From NCBI GenBank assembly GCA_964592355.1, contig CAZQBZ010000001.1:1-48062 (forward strand): a stretch of DNA of 48,062 bases, in the 5' to 3' direction. The notes under the pieces were generated by a model. It was not told the DNA's origin and did no database searches. It saw only the letters and a program-made list of their open reading frames with translations. Source of the DNA: an uncultured Candidatus Saccharibacteria bacterium. Its GTDB lineage: Bacteria > Patescibacteriota > Minisyncoccia > Minisyncoccales > Staskawiczbacteraceae. Positions 25,853 to 36,069 of this stretch are shown piece by piece. The position numbers and the translations under genes were made by a program. Positions within the stretch are counted from its first letter, which is position 1. Each line of letters opens with the position of its first letter.

Positions 25853-27190
25853 ATGGACACAAAAGAACTACAAGAAGAGTTTAGCAAAGATTTTTTTCAA
25901 CCCGACTATTTTTCGCAATTCAAAATCAACGGCAAAAAGAAAAAAGCAGACATAAGCGTCATTATTCCAACTTACAACAGATGTCCCTTTGCCAAAGATT
26001 CTGAAAATTATAAATACAACCCTTTATATTTGTGCATCATCTCTATTTTACGCCAGAAACTGCCTGTGGCAGAGATAGTTGTTGTAGATGACGCATCAAC
26101 AGATTATACAAAAGAAGTCGTTGACGATTTGGAAATCCAGGCATCTTCCAAGAAGGGTGTAAAAATAAAATATCTTAAAAACGAAACCCAAAAAGGCAGT
26201 TCAACCTCCAGAAACATCGGGGCAAAGCTGGCTGGCTCAAAATACTTGTTTTTCTTGGATGACGACTGTGTTTCAGCTCCTTATTTGACATTTACGGCAA
26301 TGCTCGTGATGAAAAAGTTGGAAAAATCCGACAGAAATTTTTCTGTGCTTGTGCTGCCTGTTTATGACAGGTCGTCTTTTCCAAAAGCGGCCTTGCCGAT
26401 TGCCGACCTCACAAAAACGTTTATAAAAAGAGGGAATTCCAGCGCATCTTTTAATTCTGTTCCGACAGAATATATAACCTCAAAAAACAGGTTTTTAAAT
26501 AAAACCTTAAAGATTTTCAAGCCCATAGAAGTTTACCAGACTTGGGGCCATTTTATAATAGACAGAAGCAAATATTTGGATGTGGGAGGGTTTCCTGATT
26601 TTGCAACATGGCCAAACAAGATTGGGGAAGAGCAGGAGTTTGCCTGCCGTCTTATAGAAAACTCATATAGCTTATATTATTTGCCAGACCCGAAAGCGTC
26701 GTCGTATCATGGAGCCTATGGGGCGCATATAGGCAATTTTACCGGCAGGGATTGGTTAGCAGATGAAAGCGACGGGGAATATAGTTTAGTCAAATTTTCT
26801 GAGCTTTGTGAAAATGGCATAAGATCGGGCAATAGAGTTTCGGCCAGAGAATATATTTATTCAAAAATTATTGCCTGTTTTTGCATTTTATACAAAAGAA
26901 ATATAAAAGAAGCCATAAATTGGGCTCAGCATACGTATAAAAGTTTTGTGCAGGATAACGAGCAAAGGTGGTATCCCGCGTATGCCAGAGGAGAGGAGTT
27001 TTTGCGCGAAACCAGAGATAAAATTTGGCATGATGCCATAACGGACGGGCTTTTATTACTTGAAGAAACTGAGCAGAAAAGGCTTAACAAAATTGAAGGC
27101 TTTATAATTTCACTTAAAAAGAAGGGTCAGCTCCAAGAATATAACAAAAAACACTGGTTGCCAATTTTATTAAAAAAGCTCCTAAAATGA
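25853..27190 (+). CDS. family 2 glycosyltransferase
   Basis: ISVIIPTYNR, VVVDDASTDYT and FFLDDD (DxD) motifs. Confidence 0.8.
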   Translation: MDTKELQEEFSKDFFQPDYFSQFKINGKKKKADISVIIPTYNRCPFAKDSENYKYNPLYLCIISILRQKLPVAEIVVVDDASTDYTKEVVDDLEIQASSKKGVKIKYLKNETQKGSSTSRNIGAKLAGSKYLFFLDDDCVSAPYLTFTAMLVMKKLEKSDRNFSVLVLPVYDRSSFPKAALPIADLTKTFIKRGNSSASFNSVPTEYITSKNRFLNKTLKIFKPIEVYQTWGHFIIDRSKYLDVGGFPDFATWPNKIGEEQEFACRLIENSYSLYYLPDPKASSYHGAYGAHIGNFTGRDWLADESDGEYSLVKFSELCENGIRSGNRVSAREYIYSKIIACFCILYKRNIKEAINWAQHTYKSFVQDNEQRWYPAYARGEEFLRETRDKIWHDAITDGLLLLEETEQKRLNKIEGFIISLKKKGQLQEYNKKHWLPILLKKLLK

Positions 27191-27242
27191 AGTTGCTTTT
27201 TTGGGCATTTTGTGGCAAGATGAAGCCACTAAGTTTTTAACC

Positions 27243-29060
27243 GTGGATCCGCAAATAGAGGAAATAAAAAACAGGCTGAATGTTCTGGATGTTGTGGGTT
27301 CATATGTGAAACTCACAAAAACCGGAATAAATCACAGGGGCGTCTGCCCTTTTCACTCAGAAAAGGGGCCGTCTTTTTTCGTTTCACCCGCCAGGCAAAT
27401 GTGGCACTGTTTTGGATGCGGCGCAGGAGGCGATATTTTCGAATTTATTAAAAGAATAGAAGGAGTTGAGTTTCCCGAGGCATTGCGTATCTTAGCTCAA
27501 AAAGCTGGCGTAGAGTTAAAACATTATAATAAAAACCCAAAGGAAAATACAGAAAGACAAAGGCTTTATGATATTTGCGAGTTGGCGGCCGCGTTTTTTG
27601 AAAAACAGCTTTCAGGTCCCGGTTGGGGACAAAAAGCAAAAGAATATTTGCTGGGCAGGGGATTGGAGCCGGAAACGATTAAAAAGTGGAGGTTAGGCTA
27701 TGCTCCTGACACTTGGCAGGGATTGTCGGATTATTTGGTAGGCAAAGGATTTACCAGGCAGGAAATTGTAAAAGCCGGCTTGGCGGTGCAGTCTGACAAA
27801 GGTGGGCAGCCTTATGACAGGTTTCGCGGCAGGATTATTTTTACGATTTTTGACGCAAATTCAAAACCAATAGGCTTTGGCGCCAGAGTTTTTAAGGATG
27901 CAGACAATAAAGAGATTGCCAAATACATAAATACGCCCCAAACTGCGCTTTATGATAAAAGTTCGGTTCTTTACGGGCTTAACTTTGCCAAGATTCCCGT
28001 AAGAAAGAATAATCAGGCGGTTTTGACAGAAGGTTATATGGATGCCATAATGTGCCATCAGGCGGGCTTTGATAACACGATTGCGGTGTCTGGCACGGCT
28101 TTGACAGAAAAACACCTGCCAATTTTAAAAAGACATACTGATAATTTGCTTTTGAGTTTTGATATGGATGCAGCCGGCGACAATGCCACAAAAAGAAGCA
28201 TTGCCTTGGCAGAGGCCCAGGGGTTTAATCTGAAAGTGGTGAATGCCTATGATAATGCCAAAGACCCAGCTGAAATTATTTTAGAAAACCCGCAAAACTG
28301 GCAAGAAGCTGTTAAAAACGCAAGAGGCATAATGGATTATTATTTTGACACAGCCTTTTTGCATTTTGACAAAAATACGCAGCAGGGCAGGCTGGCAATA
28401 GAAAATATAATTTTGCCTGCTATAAAAAGGTTGCCAAACAAAATAGAGCAATCTTTATGGATAGGCAAATTAGCGCCCAAGTTGGGAGTCAAAGAAGATG
28501 CTGTAATGGCAGAACTGGCCAAAGTAAAGATAGAAGCCGTTGCCCAAGTGGCAGCTAAGGCCGACGTCGGAACAAAAGTAATAAGAGCCAGCACACCCGA
28601 GGGAAGAATAAAAATGCTGCAAGAGAGAATTATTTCTTTGATATTAAAAAGCCCTTACAGCCTGAATTTGGTAAAAGCACAGGATATGTATTTGTTTTCG
28701 GGAAACATTAAAAGCTTTTTAGAAAAGGCCAAAGAGGCTTCAATGCCGATATTTGCCAGAGACGACGAGTCAAAAACAGAAGAAGATCTGAGGACGGTCT
28801 TTGCCGACATTTCCAAGGCAACAGAGCATAAAGAATTTTTTGACACACTGGCTTTAAGGGCCGAGGTTGAACTGGAAAATGAGGGCCCCGAAGAAGCAGA
28901 GCTTTGCTTAGCTCAGTTAAAAGATATAAAATTAAGAAGTACTCTGGAAAATTTATCCATGCAAATCGCGGCAGAGGAAAATGCGGATAAAATTGAAGAA
29001 TTAAAAAAGGAGTTTAATATTAAAGCCAAAGAACTGCATTATGGCAATAAAAAAATCTAA
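27243..29060 (+). CDS. dnaG: DNA primase
   Basis: Zinc ribbon [41 protein letters not shown] and DMDAAGD. The GTG at 27243 gives the usual N-terminus. The TTG at 27201 in the ORF track is an alternative start. Confidence 0.92.
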   Translation: MDPQIEEIKNRLNVLDVVGSYVKLTKTGINHRGVCPFHSEKGPSFFVSPARQMWHCFGCGAGGDIFEFIKRIEGVEFPEALRILAQKAGVELKHYNKNPKENTERQRLYDICELAAAFFEKQLSGPGWGQKAKEYLLGRGLEPETIKKWRLGYAPDTWQGLSDYLVGKGFTRQEIVKAGLAVQSDKGGQPYDRFRGRIIFTIFDANSKPIGFGARVFKDADNKEIAKYINTPQTALYDKSSVLYGLNFAKIPVRKNNQAVLTEGYMDAIMCHQAGFDNTIAVSGTALTEKHLPILKRHTDNLLLSFDMDAAGDNATKRSIALAEAQGFNLKVVNAYDNAKDPAEIILENPQNWQEAVKNARGIMDYYFDTAFLHFDKNTQQGRLAIENIILPAIKRLPNKIEQSLWIGKLAPKLGVKEDAVMAELAKVKIEAVAQVAAKADVGTKVIRASTPEGRIKMLQERIISLILKSPYSLNLVKAQDMYLFSGNIKSFLEKAKEASMPIFARDDESKTEEDLRTVFADISKATEHKEFFDTLALRAEVELENEGPEEAELCLAQLKDIKLRSTLENLSMQIAAEENADKIEELKKEFNIKAKELHYGNKKI

Positions 29061-30201
29061 AAAGACAGTCGCTAAAAAAGCAAAAAAAGAAACAAAAGCG
29101 GCAAAAAAGACGGCTGTAAAAAAACAAAAAAAGCCCGTTTTTGACGCAGAAGGAATTGCAAAATTGCAGAGAAAAGGCGAGGAACGAGGCTTTGTGACAA
29201 CGGCGGAGATTTTGTATGTTTTTCCAAATATTGAAAGAGATATAGAGGGCTTTGAAAAGATGTATGACGACTTCAGGGAAAAGGGCATAGAGATAAAAGA
29301 AATGCAGGACTTTTTGGAAACTAAAAAACAAAAAGAAAAGAAGCAAAAAAAGGCCCTGATTGGCAAGATAGATCCTATTCAAATGTATTTGAAAGAAATC
29401 GGCAAATCAAGCTTTTTGTCGGCAAGGGAAGAAAAAGAATTGGCAAAGAGAATCGAAGCAGGCGACGAAGAGGCAAAAAACAGGCTTGCTTTGGCAAACC
29501 TCAGGCTTGTGGTTTCTATTGCCAAAAAATATGTGGGCCGCAGCCCAAATTTAACTTTATTGGATTTAATCCAAGAGGGAAATTTGGGGCTTTTCAAGGC
29601 TGTTAAAAAATTTGATTGGAGGAAGGGTTATAAATTTTCGACTTATGCGACCTGGTGGATCAGGCAATCGATTACAAGGGCTTTGGCTGACCAGGCCAGG
29701 ACAATCCGTATTCCTGTGCACATGATAGAAACAATTTCAAAATACACAAAAGTGCGCAAATCTTTATTGCAAGAGCTTGGCAGAGAGCCTCTTGCCGAGG
29801 AAATTGCGGCTGAAATGGGATTAGAGGTGGATAAAGTCCATCATATCAGAAAAATTGCCCAGAAAGCCGTTTCCTTGGAAACCCCCGTAGGAGAAGATAA
29901 GGATAAACAGGATTCGGTGCTGGCCGAGTTTATAAAAGACGACAAGACAATAGCCCCAAATACAGAAGCTTCAAGAAATCTATTAAAAGACAGGCTGAAA
30001 GAAATTTCAGGAGAGCTTACTCCAAGAGAATTGAAAATTTTGGGAATGAGATTCGGTCTTGAAGACGGAGTAATGCATACCCTAGAAGAAACAGGGGAGG
30101 AGTTTGGCGTTACAAGAGAGAGAATCAGGCAAATCCAGGCAAAAGCATTGGAAAAACTCAGAAAACACAAAGAACTCAAAAAGGTTAAGGATTATTATTA
30201 A
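29041..30201 (+). CDS. rpoD: RNA polymerase primary sigma factor
   Basis: Regions 1.2 to 4 are all present: [51 protein letters not shown] and [17 protein letters not shown]. The N-terminus is Lys-rich. Lies directly after dnaG. Confidence 0.95.
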   Translation: MAIKKSKKTVAKKAKKETKAAKKTAVKKQKKPVFDAEGIAKLQRKGEERGFVTTAEILYVFPNIERDIEGFEKMYDDFREKGIEIKEMQDFLETKKQKEKKQKKALIGKIDPIQMYLKEIGKSSFLSAREEKELAKRIEAGDEEAKNRLALANLRLVVSIAKKYVGRSPNLTLLDLIQEGNLGLFKAVKKFDWRKGYKFSTYATWWIRQSITRALADQARTIRIPVHMIETISKYTKVRKSLLQELGREPLAEEIAAEMGLEVDKVHHIRKIAQKAVSLETPVGEDKDKQDSVLAEFIKDDKTIAPNTEASRNLLKDRLKEISGELTPRELKILGMRFGLEDGVMHTLEETGEEFGVTRERIRQIQAKALEKLRKHKELKKVKDYY

Positions 30202-30216
30202 TCGCGAATAAAAATA

Positions 30217-30368
30217 GGCTTCCTGTTTGACGCTCATTCCGCCCAGGTCGGGAAATCCCGCTTCGCGGGAATTTCTCGCGACCAGAAGCGACGAAATTGG
30301 CTCATGTCCTCGGCAAATTTTGCCTTCGGCAAACCATGCAATTTGCCTCCGGATCCTAACAGGAGACC
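30217..30368. repeat. type-D palindromic repeat element containing a type-C hairpin module (30244-30290)
   Basis: Terminal inverted repeat GGCTTCCTGTT ... AACAGGAGACC. The interior CAGGTCGGGAAATCCCGCTTCGCGGGAATTTCTCGCGACCAGAAGCG is homologous to 44115-44161. Followed by a T-run. Confidence 0.7.
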
Positions 30369-30420
30369 TATTTTTTTATTTGTCTTGCCAAGGATTTTTT
30401 CTATGGTAAAATAAATAAAT

Positions 30421-30615
30421 ATGAAGGCTCCAAAAAAGAACAAAATAGAGGACGAATCAATTTTTGATATTTTTATCACGATTGCCGCTACGATAATTAT
30501 TGTCATCCTGTCTTTTTTGTTTTACTATTACGCCCTGAAAGCCAAATCCATAGAGGCCTATTTTCCGAACCTGCCAATTATTGCAGCCAATGAAATCCAA
30601 GGACATCGTCGATAA
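30421..30615 (+). CDS. possible small membrane protein
   Basis: 64-aa ORF with one clear TM segment. It overlaps the next gene start by about 30 nt. Weak call. Confidence 0.3.
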   Translation: MKAPKKNKIEDESIFDIFITIAATIIIVILSFLFYYYALKAKSIEAYFPNLPIIAANEIQGHRR

Positions 30616-31279
30616 AATAAAATCTCTTAAAAATCCTAAAAACATCGCGGGGATGCGCAGATTTGGCATAAGGCCAAAGGCTCAGGTTTACGGCGTTTCT
30701 ATGCCCGATATAAGGCGAATGGCAAAAGAGATAAAAAAAGATCATGAGCTTGCTCTCGCGCTTTTTAAATCAGGCGTTCACGAGGCAAAGATATTGGCCA
30801 CAATAATAGCAGAACACGAAAAGCTGACAGAAAAAGAAGTAGATGAATGGGTAAAATTATTTGACTCATGGGATATTGTGGACCAGTGCTGCATGAATCT
30901 TTTTTGGCAGTCAAAAATATGCCGAAAAAATATTCTTGAATGGACAAAATCCCAAGAGGAGTTTATCAGAAGAACGGCATTTTCTTTAATGGCGGTATTG
31001 GCAGTAAAAAATAAAGAAATGAAAGATGCGGACTTTTTAAAATTTTTCCCTTTAATTAAAAAATATGCGACAGACGAAAGGAATTTTGTTAAGAAATCAG
31101 TAAACTGGGCATTAAGACAAATAGGAAAGCGGAACATGGCTCTTAATAAAGAAGCCATAAAATTATCCCAGGAAATACGCGAAATGGGCCAAAAGAAAAG
31201 TTCAAAAGCTGCAAAATGGGTGGCATCAAATGCTTTATCGGAGCTATTGTCCCCTAAATATCAAGCTAAACTAAAATGA
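30581..31279 (+). CDS. DNA alkylation repair protein (AlkD-like HEAT-repeat family)
   Basis: KNIAGMRRFGIRPKAQVYGVSMPDIRRMAKEI...ELALALF.SGVHEAKILAT...WDIVDQCC...ERNFVKKSVNWALRQIGKRN. Confidence 0.8.
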   Translation: MQPMKSKDIVDKIKSLKNPKNIAGMRRFGIRPKAQVYGVSMPDIRRMAKEIKKDHELALALFKSGVHEAKILATIIAEHEKLTEKEVDEWVKLFDSWDIVDQCCMNLFWQSKICRKNILEWTKSQEEFIRRTAFSLMAVLAVKNKEMKDADFLKFFPLIKKYATDERNFVKKSVNWALRQIGKRNMALNKEAIKLSQEIREMGQKKSSKAAKWVASNALSELLSPKYQAKLK

Positions 31280-31755
31280 ATTTATTTTTTAAAATAATTA
31301 TTTTTTTTGTTGTTGTGGGAGTTGTCGTCGGGGGGATTTATTTTTTGATGCAAAATTTGCCTCCGTTGATTTCTTCGAAATCGGGAATTTCAAAAGTATG
31401 TTTTTATCAAGACTATGAGAGGTGTTTTTCGGTTGAGCTGGCAAGAACTTCCACCGAAAGGAAAAACGGGCTTATGTTGCGCGAAAGCCTTGATGAAAAC
31501 TCCGGAATGCTTTTTGTCTTTGATAGAGATGGAATTTATCCGATGTGGATGAAAAATATGGAAATTCCCTTGGATTTAATTTGGATGGATAAAGATGGCA
31601 ATGTTGTGTTTATGAAAGAAAATGCCCAACCTTGCGGTGAAGGCGAATGCCAAAACATCACCCCGACTGCCAGAGCTTATTATGTATTAGAGATTAACGC
31701 CGGCCTTATCGAGGCCTATAGATTGGAAGTCGGCGGCAGAGCTTCGTTTAAGTAA
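31276..31755 (+). CDS. DUF192 domain protein
   Basis: ERKNGLMLRESLDENSGMLFVF...PMWMKNMEIPLDLIWMDKDGNVV is typical of DUF192. Confidence 0.8.
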   Translation: MNLFFKIIIFFVVVGVVVGGIYFLMQNLPPLISSKSGISKVCFYQDYERCFSVELARTSTERKNGLMLRESLDENSGMLFVFDRDGIYPMWMKNMEIPLDLIWMDKDGNVVFMKENAQPCGEGECQNITPTARAYYVLEINAGLIEAYRLEVGGRASFK

Positions 31756-31760
31756 TATTA

Positions 31761-31789
31761 AAAGCGGGGATTTTAACCCCGCTTTTTTT
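31761..31789. terminator. bidirectional terminator between convergent genes
   Basis: AAAAGCGGGG-ATTTTAA-CCCCGCTTTTTTT. Confidence 0.7.
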
Positions 31790-33101
31790 AGTATAAATAT
31801 CCCCAAGTTTGCAATTTATCAGAATCTTCGTACCAGCCCAACCCAATGTCGGTACGGTAAAACATATTTTGCAATAAGATATTCTCAATTCTGCCATAAA
31901 CTTGTTTTCTGGCGTCCTCAACGGTTGTGCCCGAGCCGGTCACCACTAAAACATATCCTGATTCTCCCGCAATTTGCCAGTTGCCATCCGTCATCTTTAC
32001 GTCTCCTAAATGCACCCCATCCAAACTCGGTTTCTTAAAGATAATCGACAGGTCTCTGTAAATTTCCATTTCGGCCTTGTCAAAGTAGGGGAATGGGGGA
32101 ACCACGCAACACACACCTATTTGAAATCCTTTTTTGGTTTTTAATTCAAAGGATTCGCCCTTTGCCAGCATATATAAAAATTCTCCGATATTGGCGGTTA
32201 TGCCCTCCATCGCAATTGAGATATGCGGATATCCGAACCTGCAAGTGAATTCAAGAGGATAAATTCCTCTTGCGTTTGCAATGCAATTTATATCCACATA
32301 ACCCACATAGCCGGACTTTCTGATTTCCAAACCCATTTTTTCAAGAGTCGTTCTAAAAATTGTGTTGGGGCCTGACCAGTACATTAAGGTTCCCATTTCG
32401 CCGGTAAACGGACCGATATCGCCGGGGAACAATTTTTTGTGCTCGAAGTTTATGTTAACAGGATAAATGAAGTCTTTGCCATTAAAAAATGCTCCAACAG
32501 CCACCTCGACTCCTTGGGCAAATTTTTGCAGTTGAAATTGTTTTACCCTTTTTTCAAGAACTATTTTGTTTGATCTTAAAATTTCGTGAATATCCTTGCC
32601 GTCTTCATCTTTGCCTAAAAATAAGATGCCTTTTGAATCCGACCCCAAAAATCCAGATGGCTTAAAAACATATCTGCCGGGGTTTTGTTCTATAAATTTT
32701 AGAGCTTCGTCATAGTTTGAAAAATCCCAATGAGCCAAAGTAAGCATCCCCATTTTTTTCATTTCTGACTGGCCGAACTCCCTGTCTTCTTCAAGCCTGT
32801 CGGTGTATGCGGAACCGCCTACAACAAGCTTGCCCTTCTGCCTAAGCTCATCCGCTTCTTGTCCAAATCCCACGTCATCAAAAACAATAACATCGGCCCA
32901 GTCTATAAATTGCTTGTAATCAGGAACTTTATCTAAAAATCCGTCGTATACATCTTTATCCCATTCGGCTTTAATGTAGACCTTAACCTCATGACCCTCT
33001 TTTTTTATTTGATAAGCTATGTCTCCCGATAAACTTTCCCAGCTTACGAATAAAAACTTTTTTGGCGTTATTGGCGCATGGTTGTTTCCGTTTCCATTCA
33101 T
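31788..33101 (-). CDS. ATP-grasp ligase, PurD-like (phosphoribosylamine--glycine ligase family)
   Basis: 437 aa with a PurD-like N-domain (KFLFVSWESLSGDIAYQIKKEGHEVKVY) and an ATP-grasp core (YVFKPSG...). The canonical GGREHA motif is absent. Confidence 0.6.
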   Translation of the reverse strand: MNGNGNNHAPITPKKFLFVSWESLSGDIAYQIKKEGHEVKVYIKAEWDKDVYDGFLDKVPDYKQFIDWADVIVFDDVGFGQEADELRQKGKLVVGGSAYTDRLEEDREFGQSEMKKMGMLTLAHWDFSNYDEALKFIEQNPGRYVFKPSGFLGSDSKGILFLGKDEDGKDIHEILRSNKIVLEKRVKQFQLQKFAQGVEVAVGAFFNGKDFIYPVNINFEHKKLFPGDIGPFTGEMGTLMYWSGPNTIFRTTLEKMGLEIRKSGYVGYVDINCIANARGIYPLEFTCRFGYPHISIAMEGITANIGEFLYMLAKGESFELKTKKGFQIGVCCVVPPFPYFDKAEMEIYRDLSIIFKKPSLDGVHLGDVKMTDGNWQIAGESGYVLVVTGSGTTVEDARKQVYGRIENILLQNMFYRTDIGLGWYEDSDKLQTWGYLY

Positions 33102-33102
33102 T

Positions 33103-33528
33103 TTATTTATACTTGTCGTCGTAGGTTGAATAAGAAATAGTTAATTCCTCACCCTTTTTTATCGGCCTTGCCGCTTTAAAAATAAGCGCTTCGTCCTTAC
33201 CATTTCCGACAATTTTTAAATTTGGATTTTTTGAATTATTTACAAAGAAAGAAATGTCAATTCCGTTTAATCCCGTTTCGGGGATATATACCGAGCCGTC
33301 TTTTTCTATCACAAAAAAGTCATCAATCATTCTTAAAACCTCTTTATCCAACTTTTTTATCTCTTTTGCTTCAAACTTATGCCACTTGCCCTGTTTAATG
33401 CCGGCAAAGGGGTCTTTTCCTTTTGGAATATCCCTGACCGCAAAAACTCCAACACCTTCTATCTTTGAAGCCCTCAATCTGCAATAAGTATTTTTTAAAT
33501 TTTTAATAATTTCTTTTTTCTTTTCCAT
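33103..33528 (-). CDS. SET domain protein (putative protein-lysine methyltransferase)
   Basis: IEGVGVFAVRDIPKG...FVNNSKNPN...KKGEELTISYS is a SET signature. Its stop is 1 nt from the start of the ATP-grasp gene. Confidence 0.75.
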   Translation of the reverse strand: MEKKKEIIKNLKNTYCRLRASKIEGVGVFAVRDIPKGKDPFAGIKQGKWHKFEAKEIKKLDKEVLRMIDDFFVIEKDGSVYIPETGLNGIDISFFVNNSKNPNLKIVGNGKDEALIFKAARPIKKGEELTISYSTYDDKYK

Positions 33529-33617
33529 CTTTTATATTAACAATTATTATAGTATAACACTTGGAAATTTTTATGCAAAAAAACACCGCATTTCTGCGGC
33601 ATTTTTTAAACAAAAGA

Positions 33618-33800
33618 TTAGTATCTGTTTGTTCTTGGAGGTCTCTTTTTTGACCAGCATTCTCTGCAATAGATTGGTCTATCAGGAGATGGCTCAAAAG
33701 GCATCTCTGTGATTTCTGTTCCGCATTCGGAACATTTCCAGTTTCCTTTTACCATTTCTCTTGGTGCAAAACCTCCTCTGTTGTTATTTCCGTTAAACAT
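33618..33800 (-). CDS. CxxC-x17-CxxC-type zinc-ribbon small protein
   Basis: WKCSECGTEITEMPFEPSPDRPIYCRECW preceded by an Asn/Gly/Arg-rich N-terminus. As far as I recall, this family is common in CPR genomes. Confidence 0.7.
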   Translation of the reverse strand: MFNGNNNRGGFAPREMVKGNWKCSECGTEITEMPFEPSPDRPIYCRECWSKKRPPRTNRY

Positions 33801-33905
33801 TGTGTTTTTCTTAAATAAGAATAAACGACCTTTCTAATAGGCCGTTTTTATTCGTACTATTAGCTTGATTTTATTATACTTTACTGATAGGATAAAGTCA
33901 ATACT

Positions 33906-34754
33906 ATGAAGAAAATTATTCTCTTGCCAATAATCTTGGCAATTATTATTCTAATTTTAATTGGCATATTGGTTTTTTATAAAACACCGCAATCTGAGGT
34001 TCAGGCTCCGACAATTCAGGGGGGGATTATTGTGAGTTCTCTGGTGGAAGATCAGGAAATTTCTTCGCCGTTGAAAATTGCAGGATACGTTAACGGACAA
34101 GGATGGACGGGCTTTGAGGGTCAAGTTGGCACAGTCACGCTGCTTGATTATAAAGGCAACGAATTAGCCACAGAAGTTTTAAAAGCTACAACAGATTGGA
34201 CCCAGCTTCCGACTCAATTTGAAGCGGAACTCGAGTTTGTGCCAGCAAGCAGCGGACCGGCAACACTTTTATTTAAAAATGAAAATGCCAGCGGTTTACC
34301 GGAAAATAACAGAGAATTCTCATTGCTGGTGTCAGTAAAACAAGAACAGGAGCCGGAAACAATGGAGGTGAGCGTATTCTTTAATAACAACAATCTCGAC
34401 CCCCAAGTCAGCTGCAATAAAGTTTTTGAGGTAAAAAGAACCATTCCTAAGACGGGAGCAATTGCGAGAGCGGCCATTGAGGAGCTTTTAAAGGGGCCGA
34501 CCCAGCAGGAAATAAAATCAGGATATTATACGAATATAAACAGCGGAGTGAAATTGAATAACATAAGCATTCAAAAAACCAATCCGCCCTCCGCGCTTGT
34601 TGATTTTGATGAACAACTGCAGTTTCAGGTTGGGGGGTCTTGTAAAGTCGGAGCAATCAGAGCGCAGATAACCCAAACCTTAAAACAGTTTCCATCAATT
34701 GAAGACGTGATTATTTCAATAAACGGCAGAACAGAAGATATTTTACAGCCTTAA
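33906..34754 (+). CDS. Gmad2 Ig-like + GerMN domain protein, membrane anchored
   Basis: N-terminal TM segment, SSPLKIAGYVNGQGWTGFEGQVG (Gmad2-like) and VSVFFNN...RAAIEELLKGPT (GerMN-like). Confidence 0.65.
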   Translation: MKKIILLPIILAIIILILIGILVFYKTPQSEVQAPTIQGGIIVSSLVEDQEISSPLKIAGYVNGQGWTGFEGQVGTVTLLDYKGNELATEVLKATTDWTQLPTQFEAELEFVPASSGPATLLFKNENASGLPENNREFSLLVSVKQEQEPETMEVSVFFNNNNLDPQVSCNKVFEVKRTIPKTGAIARAAIEELLKGPTQQEIKSGYYTNINSGVKLNNISIQKTNPPSALVDFDEQLQFQVGGSCKVGAIRAQITQTLKQFPSIEDVIISINGRTEDILQP

Positions 34755-34761
34755 ATCTTAC

Positions 34762-34905
34762 CGCTCGGCAACAGCTTTGAAAGTGTGCGCTCGTTCCGCC
34801 AGCGCGGAACTCGCTCAGGTCCTCGCTCCTGGCGCCCCTCGCCAAAATGGCTCGGGGAACCAGCCGCCAGGGCTGCGAAGCCACTTTCAAAGCTGTTACC
34901 TCGCT
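34762..34905 (+). repeat. type-A MITE-like palindromic repeat element, copy A2
   Basis: Termini are CGCTCGGCAACAGCTTTGAAAGTG ... CCACTTTCAAAGCTGTTACCTCGCT. Nearly identical to the reverse complement of 38546-38688. Confidence 0.88.
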
Positions 34906-34920
34906 ATAATTCATTAAATA

Positions 34921-36069
34921 ATGCAGTTTAAAATTTCAAAAAAATCAAATAAAAGCCAGGCCCGACTTGGATTTTTAGAAACCGAAAACGGAGTTGTGGA
35001 AACTCCTTGTTTGGTTGGCGTGGCAACTCAGGCGGCCGTGAAAACTTTAACATCCGAGGAGGCCTTGCAGGCAAAGTCGCAAATGCTAATTTGCAACACA
35101 TTTCATTTGCATTTAAAGCCCGGCCAAGACATTGTGGCCAAGGCGGGCGGTTTGCATGATTTTATGAATTGGAAAAAGCCCCTAATGACAGATTCTGGGG
35201 GCTTCCAAGTGTTTTCTTTGGGGTTTGGCCGAGATTATGGAATGGGTAAAGTTTTATCCGCCAAAGGCGGATCCGCCTCTGGCGGAAAAGTTGTGGAGGC
35301 AGGAGCCCAACCAAGTAAAATAAAGATTACAGATGATGGAGTATTTTTTAGGTCGCCGGTTGATGGGGCGGAACTGTTTTTAGGCCCCAAAGAATCAATA
35401 AAGATTCAGGAAAAATTGGGAGCAGATATTATTTTTGCCTTCGATGAATGCACCAGTCCTATCGCAGATTACGAATATACTAAAAATTCTTTGCAGAAAA
35501 CCCACAAATGGGCGAAAATCTGCCTAAAAGCCAAAAAATCAGACCAAGCCCTATTTGGCATCGTGCAAGGCGGGAAATTTAAAGATTTGCGCGAGCAATC
35601 AGCAAAGTTTATCGGGGGCTTGGATTTTGACGGATTTGGCATTGGCGGTGAATTTGGCGACGATAAAAGCCAAATGGCAAACATGATAGGCTGGTGCTTG
35701 CAAGAATTGCCGGAAAAAAAGCCAAGGCATCTGCTGGGCATCGGATATTTGGAAGATATGGAGCAAATTATTAAGGCTGGAATTGATACATTTGATTGCA
35801 CCGTTCCCACGCATTATGCCCGTCATGGAATTGCCTTTACTAAAGAGGGCAAGCTTGATTTGAATAAGTCTCAGTTTTTAAAAGACCGAGAGCCTCTGGA
35901 TTCGGACTGCATGTGTTTTGTGTGCCAAAATTACAAAAGAAATTACATATCACACTTATTAAAAGCCAGAGAAATTACGGCCTTAAAGCTTTTAACGTTT
36001 CATAATCTTTTTTATTTTAACACTTTTGCCGAGAAATTAAGACAGGAAATAAAAAATGGAAAAATTTGA
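34921..36069 (+). CDS. tgt: tRNA-guanine transglycosylase (queuine tRNA-ribosyltransferase)
   Basis: MTDSGGFQVFSL, FAFDEC, LFGIVQGG, LLGIG and the Zn site CMCFVCQNY...SHL. Confidence 0.92.
   Translation: MQFKISKKSNKSQARLGFLETENGVVETPCLVGVATQAAVKTLTSEEALQAKSQMLICNTFHLHLKPGQDIVAKAGGLHDFMNWKKPLMTDSGGFQVFSLGFGRDYGMGKVLSAKGGSASGGKVVEAGAQPSKIKITDDGVFFRSPVDGAELFLGPKESIKIQEKLGADIIFAFDECTSPIADYEYTKNSLQKTHKWAKICLKAKKSDQALFGIVQGGKFKDLREQSAKFIGGLDFDGFGIGGEFGDDKSQMANMIGWCLQELPEKKPRHLLGIGYLEDMEQIIKAGIDTFDCTVPTHYARHGIAFTKEGKLDLNKSQFLKDREPLDSDCMCFVCQNYKRNYISHLLKAREITALKLLTFHNLFYFNTFAEKLRQEIKNGKI

Noticed and set aside
34755-34920. preQ1 or other riboswitch upstream of tgt and queH
   Set aside because: Both upstream gaps are fully accounted for by type-A and type-B repeat elements. 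I could not find the compact preQ1-I/II hairpin motifs.
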